DNA of 64,000 nt, taken from Calditrichia bacterium. GTDB taxonomy: Bacteria > Calditrichota > Calditrichia > RBG-13-44-9 > J075. The notes beneath the pieces are model-generated. The model was not told the DNA's origin and did no database searches. It saw nothing but the letters and a program-made list of their open reading frames with translations. This document shows, in pieces, positions 58,045-64,000 of the stretch. How positions within the stretch are numbered: the stretch's first letter is position 1; each line of letters opens with the position of its first letter. A program made the position numbers and the translations under genes. The stretch spans positions 1 through 64,000 of the forward strand of contig JBOEGD010000011.1 in the NCBI GenBank assembly GCA_050633245.1, in the 5' to 3' direction.

Positions 58045-58072
58045 TTCACCGTTCACCGTTCACCGTTCACCG
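58045..58072. repeat. (TTCACCG)x4 heptamer repeat abutting the response-regulator stop
   Basis: Direct reading; directly adjacent to the TAA at 58073-58075. Confidence 0.9.
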
Positions 58073-58723
58073 TTATATATCCCCACGAATGTACTTTGCA
58101 ACGGCGTCAACTTTATTGTGCACCTGTAGCTTGCGATAAATATTTTTGATGTGCGTGCGAACCGTGTCGACTGAGATGCCAAGATGAGCAGCAATTAACT
58201 TGTAGCTTTTCCCGTCCACCAATGCGCGAAGAATATCCTGCTCACGTTCAGTAAGTGCCGTCTTGTCTTCCTTTTTTCCGAGAAATTGAGACATTTCAGG
58301 CCGTTGATTAAAAAAAGTGAAAACCTGCCTGGCAATATGTGGCGACATGGGTGATCCGCCTTTAAAAAGTAGTTCAATAGCAGCCTTTATCTCGGAAAGC
58401 GGCGTATCTTTAAGTAAATAGCCGGATGCACCGGCACAAAGCGCGTCGAAAATGCGCCTGTGATCATTGTGAACGGTAATCATGATGATGTCAATTAGCG
58501 GGAATTTCTGCTTTATCAAGCGTGCGCCCTGTAGCCCGGACATACCAGGCAGACCGATATCCAGAAGTAAAACTTGCGGGGGCAACGACTCTTCAAGGGC
58601 GCTTAACAGGGCTTCCATCGAGCCGAAGGCCATTTTGCAGATGAAATTTTCCTGAGCATCCAAGTAAGTCTGGAGGCTTTCACGTATGTCAGGATGATCT
58701 TCAACAATTGCAATATTTATCAT
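58073..58723 (-). CDS. NarL/LuxR-family response regulator
   Basis: 'IVEDH', 'LLDIGLPGMSG', 'GASGYLLK'; HTH 'LTEREQDIL..LVDGKSYK.IA..LGIS.DTVRTHIKNIYRKLQV'; start 58723. Confidence 0.93.
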   Translation of the reverse strand: MINIAIVEDHPDIRESLQTYLDAQENFICKMAFGSMEALLSALEESLPPQVLLLDIGLPGMSGLQGARLIKQKFPLIDIIMITVHNDHRRIFDALCAGASGYLLKDTPLSEIKAAIELLFKGGSPMSPHIARQVFTFFNQRPEMSQFLGKKEDKTALTEREQDILRALVDGKSYKLIAAHLGISVDTVRTHIKNIYRKLQVHNKVDAVAKYIRGDI

Positions 58724-58779
58724 GCTGTAAAATAAGTCACTTATGCTACAATTCAAACTAATTTAAGCCGTTGCATCGG

Positions 58780-59307
58780 CTATTTCACAAGCAACATCTT
58801 TCGTGTTTCAACAAATCGATCTGCTTGAATACGGTAAAAATACAGACCAGCAGCAAGGCCTCTTGCTTCGAACCGAACCTCATATGTACCCGCAGACAAA
58901 TTTTCATCGACCAACGTACCGACTTCCTGTCCCAGAACGTTGTAAATCGTCAATTGCACCTCGGCTGCCTGGGGCAGGCTGAAAAGGATAGTTGTTGAGG
59001 GATTGAATGGGTTCGGATAGTTCTGTTTTAGCTCAAATTCCGCTGGTAATAAATTCTGATCCTCGATGCCGGTAACAATATCACGTGAAATCTGATACCA
59101 GTAGCCCTGAGCTACAGTTGTAGCGCTGTCTGAAACTGTGAAGACTGCCGTCTGTCCCAGCGTGCCTCTCAATAGAGTGGACGAGTCGTTTGACTGCGTA
59201 TAGCCTGAACCGACTACACTGTTTCGAAGCACTGTCTGGCTATTTCCAATAGATGACATTAGCAAGCAGCCGAAGACGAAATGAATGAGGATCCTAAATT
59301 GCATCAC
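58780..59307 (-). CDS. Small exported protein: short beta-domain + T9SS type A CTD (copy B)
   Basis: Paralog of 51423-51977 ('SVVGSGYTQ..GTLGQ..QGYWYQISRDI.TGIE..FELKQNYPNPFNPSTTI'); TGATG overlap with fibre copy B. Confidence 0.9.
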   Translation of the reverse strand: MMQFRILIHFVFGCLLMSSIGNSQTVLRNSVVGSGYTQSNDSSTLLRGTLGQTAVFTVSDSATTVAQGYWYQISRDIVTGIEDQNLLPAEFELKQNYPNPFNPSTTILFSLPQAAEVQLTIYNVLGQEVGTLVDENLSAGTYEVRFEARGLAAGLYFYRIQADRFVETRKMLLVK

Positions 59308-61925
59308 TTGCCCTCCACTTTACGCAGGCGAGCTTCCAGAGCTTCTATTTTTGATTGCTGTTCCTGAATAGCCTTAATAAGTACCGGCACCAGTGTAGAA
59401 TAGTTCATGCCAAGCCGCTCAAGCTCAACGCGGTTAACCGTAGGGTTATTCTCTTCATCTTCAGATAATTTATAATCATGCGTTTTTACAGCCTGTGGGA
59501 CTACGGGCAGAACTTCCTGGGCGATGAGACCGAGTCTCTCTGAGCGGTCGTATCCATCGCGCCACTGGTAGGTTACCGGTCTTAACTGCATCACAGCATT
59601 CAGGCCAAGCCCAGCGTTTTGGATATTCGTTTTAAGACGGGCATCTGAGGTTTGAATTGTACCATTGGTAGCATAGACATCGTCCCATCGAAACGAGGAG
59701 GTGCCAAGATCGAAAATATTGTCTGACTCTGATCGAATATCGCCACGTGTCGCAATCTCATTTACCCCTCCATCTTCCACAAACTCGGCACTTCCGAAAC
59801 GGATTCGTCCATTAACCGTAAGCGGCTCTGTTGGGAACGTATTTCCTATACCGACATTTCCGTTTTTTAAAATGGTCATTGCATTTGCACGATTGGTAGA
59901 GCTACTTCCATTTCCGATTTCAAACAAAGGATCGGAATCTATCCAACTTGTAGAGGATCCTGCTCCTACATTGTAACGTCCTATTGCAAGAGAATTATAT
60001 GAATTGGCCTCAGTATTATTACCAAATGCGGTTGAGTAAATTGCATTTGCATTCGAAAAGTAACCGATACTTACGCTATAGTTCTCCTCTGCATCCGAAC
60101 TGTATCCCATAGCTGTGCTGCCTGTTCCACGTGCATCTGTATTGAAACCCATAGCCGTTGAGTAGAGACCGTCAGAGTTGCTAAAGAAGCCGCTCGCAAA
60201 GGCATAGCTGTTTCCCGCTTCAGTATCACGCCCCATAGCTGTAGCACCATAACCCTGCGCACGTGTATTCAAGCCGGATGCAAAGGAGTACAAGCCAATG
60301 CTGTCTGAGTTCCAGTAGGTACTGGCTGCACCGGTTGCAACGGTTCCAACTCTGAAGGCGTGTTTATGGGGTAGGAACATCAGTTTGTCTCCGGCGCCGA
60401 GAGTGTCGGCACCAAATAATACCCTATTGCCGTTTCCAACATGAAACTTAACCTTTGGTGAGATACCAACATCGATGCCGACTTCACCGTCTCCGGTGAT
60501 CGTCATTACGTCTCCGGAAGTGCCGTTCCAGAAATTAAGCCGATCATTCCGAACATTACTGGCAATATAAGCAGCAATGGTCCAGTAGTTGCTTCCATTG
60601 TTGTTTTGCATGCGAAGGCGGGCGTAGTCATTTCCATTTTCATGCAGTTGAAGATGTGGATCTGAGAGTGAGCTGTTGTGAAAAATTTCCAGCTTTGAAT
60701 TTGGAGTTGTCGTTCCGACTCCAATGTCGCCATTGTTATAGTAAATGTTGCTACCGCTTTGTGACCATAAGTTTGTACCCGCATTATCAGTATCAGGCGT
60801 CCATGCAGTGCCGTTAAATTTTAAGACCTGACCCGTTACCGGAGCTGTTTGTTCTATCGACCTGCCCTGAAGCGCAGAAACTATGGGGGTTGGGTAACTA
60901 CCGGAAAGATCTCCGGCGGCCGAGCCGGAAGGTGGCAGGGAGGTGCCGGGCTGGATTTTGGCAGCAGTAACAGATTCGTCCGCCAGCTGTTCTGTTCCAA
61001 CGGAAAAGCTGGTGAGCTTTGCTTGGGTGATGGACGTATCGGCCAGTTGTAATGTTCCTATTCCACCAGCTGAGACGTTTACGGTAACTGTTGGTCCGTT
61101 TGGATTAGTGATGTTCAAAGTGTTATTCGTATTCTGAATTCCCTGTACGCCACTACCACCACCTGCACCCGCATTGATGATCAGACTATCGTTGCGGGTC
61201 ATAACTGTTGCTCCGCCTTCGGCAGCTATTATTACATTGTCATTCAATGTGTTCAGACTTCGAACAACGGTGTTGTCGGAAATCTTTTGTGAAGTTACGC
61301 CATCATCCGCAATGCTTAAGGTTACGTCACCTATTGTCCCGCCGCCGGATAGTCCATCGGTTGCCTGTACGGAAGTAATATCGCCAGTTCCAACACCCAC
61401 AGCATTAATCGTAAGGGTGTTCCCGGATTCAGAAATGCTGATATTATTTCCCGCAGCCAGTTGTATGGCTTCCGTTTTGCCGTTCAGACTTCTAACTGCA
61501 ATTCCGGCAGCAAGCTTTTCAGAAGTAATACTGCTATCTACAACGGAGTTTGAAATAAAGCTATAAGGTGTTGTTGTAAGATCTGTTCTTGGCGTTAACT
61601 CAGGATCATTTCCAATTTTTATGCCAAGAAAATAGGGAATCTCGAAGTCGGCGGTGATTGGCACAACGGTGCCTAACAAGGCATTGACAAGGCCTGCTGT
61701 AATGTTGACAGTTTGATTCTCCTGCCAAACCAAGTTGCCGTTTTCTTTTGCGTCGTATAAAGCAAATGTAAGATTGTAATTACCATCTGTTATTGGATTG
61801 CCATCGGGGTCGGTTAGCAACCCTTGATAACTGATCGTTTGTGGAGTTTGTGCGACCAGACTTGAGTTAAGCACCGCCGAAATAAAAACAATAAAGACTA
61901 TGCAGTTAAGAACAAAAATACGCAT
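59304..61925 (-). CDS. Signal-peptide trimeric fibre protein with YadA-head-like repeats and S74 chaperone (copy B)
   Basis: Start ATG 61925 (GGAGG); colinear paralog of 51977-54604, e.g. shared '[10 protein letters not shown]', '[12 protein letters not shown]', '[18 protein letters not shown]', '[13 protein letters not shown]'. Confidence 0.88.
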   Translation of the reverse strand: MRIFVLNCIVFIVFISAVLNSSLVAQTPQTISYQGLLTDPDGNPITDGNYNLTFALYDAKENGNLVWQENQTVNITAGLVNALLGTVVPITADFEIPYFLGIKIGNDPELTPRTDLTTTPYSFISNSVVDSSITSEKLAAGIAVRSLNGKTEAIQLAAGNNISISESGNTLTINAVGVGTGDITSVQATDGLSGGGTIGDVTLSIADDGVTSQKISDNTVVRSLNTLNDNVIIAAEGGATVMTRNDSLIINAGAGGGSGVQGIQNTNNTLNITNPNGPTVTVNVSAGGIGTLQLADTSITQAKLTSFSVGTEQLADESVTAAKIQPGTSLPPSGSAAGDLSGSYPTPIVSALQGRSIEQTAPVTGQVLKFNGTAWTPDTDNAGTNLWSQSGSNIYYNNGDIGVGTTTPNSKLEIFHNSSLSDPHLQLHENGNDYARLRMQNNNGSNYWTIAAYIASNVRNDRLNFWNGTSGDVMTITGDGEVGIDVGISPKVKFHVGNGNRVLFGADTLGAGDKLMFLPHKHAFRVGTVATGAASTYWNSDSIGLYSFASGLNTRAQGYGATAMGRDTEAGNSYAFASGFFSNSDGLYSTAMGFNTDARGTGSTAMGYSSDAEENYSVSIGYFSNANAIYSTAFGNNTEANSYNSLAIGRYNVGAGSSTSWIDSDPLFEIGNGSSSTNRANAMTILKNGNVGIGNTFPTEPLTVNGRIRFGSAEFVEDGGVNEIATRGDIRSESDNIFDLGTSSFRWDDVYATNGTIQTSDARLKTNIQNAGLGLNAVMQLRPVTYQWRDGYDRSERLGLIAQEVLPVVPQAVKTHDYKLSEDEENNPTVNRVELERLGMNYSTLVPVLIKAIQEQQSKIEALEARLRKVEGK

Positions 61926-62088
61926 TGTACCCTCCGCCAACTTTGTATAAAATGTTATTGTTCAATTGGAAGTGTTATTAGGTAGCATATCAAAAAAGAG
62001 TGAGGGCGACAACACATTCTCTCAATTATTATCGGGAAGTACTGTCGCTGGTATAGATACGGGTCTAATGACGAAGGGAATGGGACCT

Positions 62089-62823
62089 TTACTTGTTCTT
62101 AACATAAATAAGCTTAAAACGTCCTTTGCTGCTTTCGCGTGATTCGATCTCAAACTTCTTTAGTGACTTGATAAGCGGAGTGAGTTTTTGATAGCCATAG
62201 TTGCGTGAATCAAAGTTTGGTTGCTTTTTTTGCAACAGGTTGCCAACGTCGCCGAGAAAGGCCCAACCGTCGTCATCGGCAAGATCGTCTATCGTACTTG
62301 TGATAAGCTTGAGTACCTGCGGCGTGATTTCGGCAACCGTAGACTTTTTGGTCGGCTTACTTTTTGTCGATTTTGCTTCATTCTCATCAGGCTGTTTTTT
62401 GAGGATTTCGATGTAGATAAAGCGATCGCATGCTACAATAAATGGATTGGGTGTCTTTTTCTCGCCTATTCCAATAACGTTCATTCCGGCTTCGCGTAGT
62501 CTTGTTGCAAGTCTGGTGAAATCGCTATCGCTGGAAACCAGGCAAAATCCATTGACTTTATTCGAATAAAGGATGTCCATTGCATCGATAATCATTGCGG
62601 AATCAGTAGCATTTTTACCGGTGGTATAGCCATATTGTTGAATCGGTGTAATTGCATTTTCGAGCAGCACTTTTTTCCACTTGGACAGCTTGGGATTCGT
62701 CCAGTCTCCGTAGATGCGTTTAATGGTGGGATTCCCATACTTTGCAATCTCCTCCATCATTTCTTTAACATATGCTGCGGGGATGTTGTCGCCATCGATT
62801 AGAACAGCAAGATTCATATCCAT
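62089..62823 (-). CDS. NYN (LabA/DUF88) domain protein with C-terminal OST-HTH/LOTUS
   Basis: 'AVLIDGDN', 'KRIYGDW', 'GKNATD..MIIDAMD', 'SSDSDF..LA.RLRE.G', 'PNFDSRNYG..KL..L'; start 62823. Confidence 0.92.
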   Translation of the reverse strand: MDMNLAVLIDGDNIPAAYVKEMMEEIAKYGNPTIKRIYGDWTNPKLSKWKKVLLENAITPIQQYGYTTGKNATDSAMIIDAMDILYSNKVNGFCLVSSDSDFTRLATRLREAGMNVIGIGEKKTPNPFIVACDRFIYIEILKKQPDENEAKSTKSKPTKKSTVAEITPQVLKLITSTIDDLADDDGWAFLGDVGNLLQKKQPNFDSRNYGYQKLTPLIKSLKKFEIESRESSKGRFKLIYVKNK

Positions 62824-63082
62824 ATAAAAGGTTTCCTCTCCCGAGAAGCTGAGGTGAATTGTCATTTGGCGTAGTGCTGGACAATGTGGCAATATTGTGA
62901 TGTCTATGCAAGTAGTGCTTGGGTTATTATCATTTAAATCAGCGCCGGAATTGCAACATTCCGGAAGAATTCCTGCGTAATTATTCTTATGTTTATATAT
63001 CGTCAATGGATTTTGTATATTCCCAAAGATAGGATCGTATTAACATACTTATTGAAACTGAAACACATAGAAGGAGAGATTC

Positions 63083-64000
63083 ATGCCTACTGGTTTTTCA
63101 CTGAAACAACATAACATCGAAGTGACGAACATTGTTAGAAACGCCATGCCTGCAGTTTTATATCAGGAAGCAATTAAATATGAAAAAGAAGCCGCTATCG
63201 CAGATTCCGGTGCGTTGATGGTGCGCTCCGGAAAAAAAACCGGTCGTAGCCCAACAGATAAGCGCGTGGTAGAGCATATTGACTCTCAGAAAAACATCTG
63301 GTGGGGATCGGTCAATATACCGATCGACGAACATACATTCGAGACTATTCGTGAAAGAGCTCTGGACTATCTGAACTTGCAGGAAAAAATCTATGTCGTC
63401 GATGGTTTTGCTGGTTGGGATCCCCAGACTCGTATCAAAGTAAGAATTATTTGTACCCGCCCTTATCACGCGTTGTTTATGTGGAATATGTTGATTCGAC
63501 CAACAACAGAAGAGTTAAAAGAATTCGGTGACCCGGATTATACTGTTTTTAATGCCGGTCAGTTTCCAGCAAACCGTTATACGACTGGAATGACATCCAA
63601 GACCAGCGTTGATTTGTCTTTCGAGCGTGGTGAAATTGTTATTTTGGGAACAGAGTACGCAGGCGAAATGAAAAAGGGAATCTTTAGCGTGATGAACTAT
63701 ATCATGCCTGATAAGAATATTCTCTCTATGCACTGCTCTGCCAATGAAGGAGATAGCGGAGATGTTTCGCTTTTCTTTGGATTGTCCGGAACAGGTAAAA
63801 CGACTCTCTCTGCTGATGAGCGCCGCAAATTGATCGGCGATGATGAGCATTGCTGGACCGATACCGGTGTCAATAACATCGAGGGCGGTTGTTACGCCAA
63901 AGCCATCGATCTTTCCGAGGAAAAGGAGCCGGAGATTTATCAGGCCATCAAATTTGGTACGGTTCTGGAAAATGTGCGATATGATGAGCGTTCACATCAC
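63083..64000 (+). CDS. pckA: Phosphoenolpyruvate carboxykinase (ATP), partial
   Basis: Absent from the ORF track (runs off the end). ATG 63083 with AAGGAG; 'KTGRSP.DKR', '[11 protein letters not shown]', 'MHCSAN', '[12 protein letters not shown]', 'IGDDEH', 'EGGCYAK'. Confidence 0.96.
   Translation, partial: MPTGFSLKQHNIEVTNIVRNAMPAVLYQEAIKYEKEAAIADSGALMVRSGKKTGRSPTDKRVVEHIDSQKNIWWGSVNIPIDEHTFETIRERALDYLNLQEKIYVVDGFAGWDPQTRIKVRIICTRPYHALFMWNMLIRPTTEELKEFGDPDYTVFNAGQFPANRYTTGMTSKTSVDLSFERGEIVILGTEYAGEMKKGIFSVMNYIMPDKNILSMHCSANEGDSGDVSLFFGLSGTGKTTLSADERRKLIGDDEHCWTDTGVNNIEGGCYAKAIDLSEEKEPEIYQAIKFGTVLENVRYDERSHH

Noticed and set aside
51977-61925. Prophage or tailocin suggested by the tail-fibre/S74 domains
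   Set aside because: Both fibres have Sec signal peptides, and no capsid, sheath, baseplate, terminase, lysis or integrase genes are present.
51423-61925. Diversity-generating retroelement or shufflon between the paralogs
   Set aside because: No reverse transcriptase or recombinase, and differences are spread across the genes as in ordinary divergence.
63158-63879. Minus-strand ORFs near the window end
   Set aside because: Antisense to pckA.

Overview
Chromosomal bacterial window with no rRNA, tRNA, CRISPR array, transposase, integrase or prophage that I can recognise. Many exported proteins end in an 'NYPNPFNP...TKKMLLVK'-type T9SS/FlgD-like sorting domain, and genes use GGAG Shine-Dalgarno sites. 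This points to an FCB-adjacent lineage such as Calditrichota, KSB1 or Ignavibacteria (inference only). Contents in order: a large partial PQQ-type dehydrogenase/diheme-c/lectin protein missing from the ORF track; a heparinase-II-like lyase; an FMO; a secreted multicopper oxidase; a collapsed phnD/phnE remnant; a DUF11 cargo gene paired with a PorV-barrel-OmpA fusion; a xylose-type ABC operon with a dehydrogenase; a corA/mscS deletion scar; a membrane-anchored truncated GrpE; mltF; sulP; a Kef pair; several exported hydrolases and TPR proteins; GH9; a PAP2-desaturase-archaeal-type GGR-ferredoxin lipid cluster; a duplicated fibre/partner module; NYN; and partial pckA. The best candidate for an undescribed system is that duplicated, translationally coupled module: a signal-peptide trimeric fibre with a self-cleaving S74 chaperone plus a small T9SS-CTD partner. 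The two copies bracket a two-component system, and only one copy has tandem 7-4-7 operator boxes. All calls come from motif recognition by eye; no searches were run.
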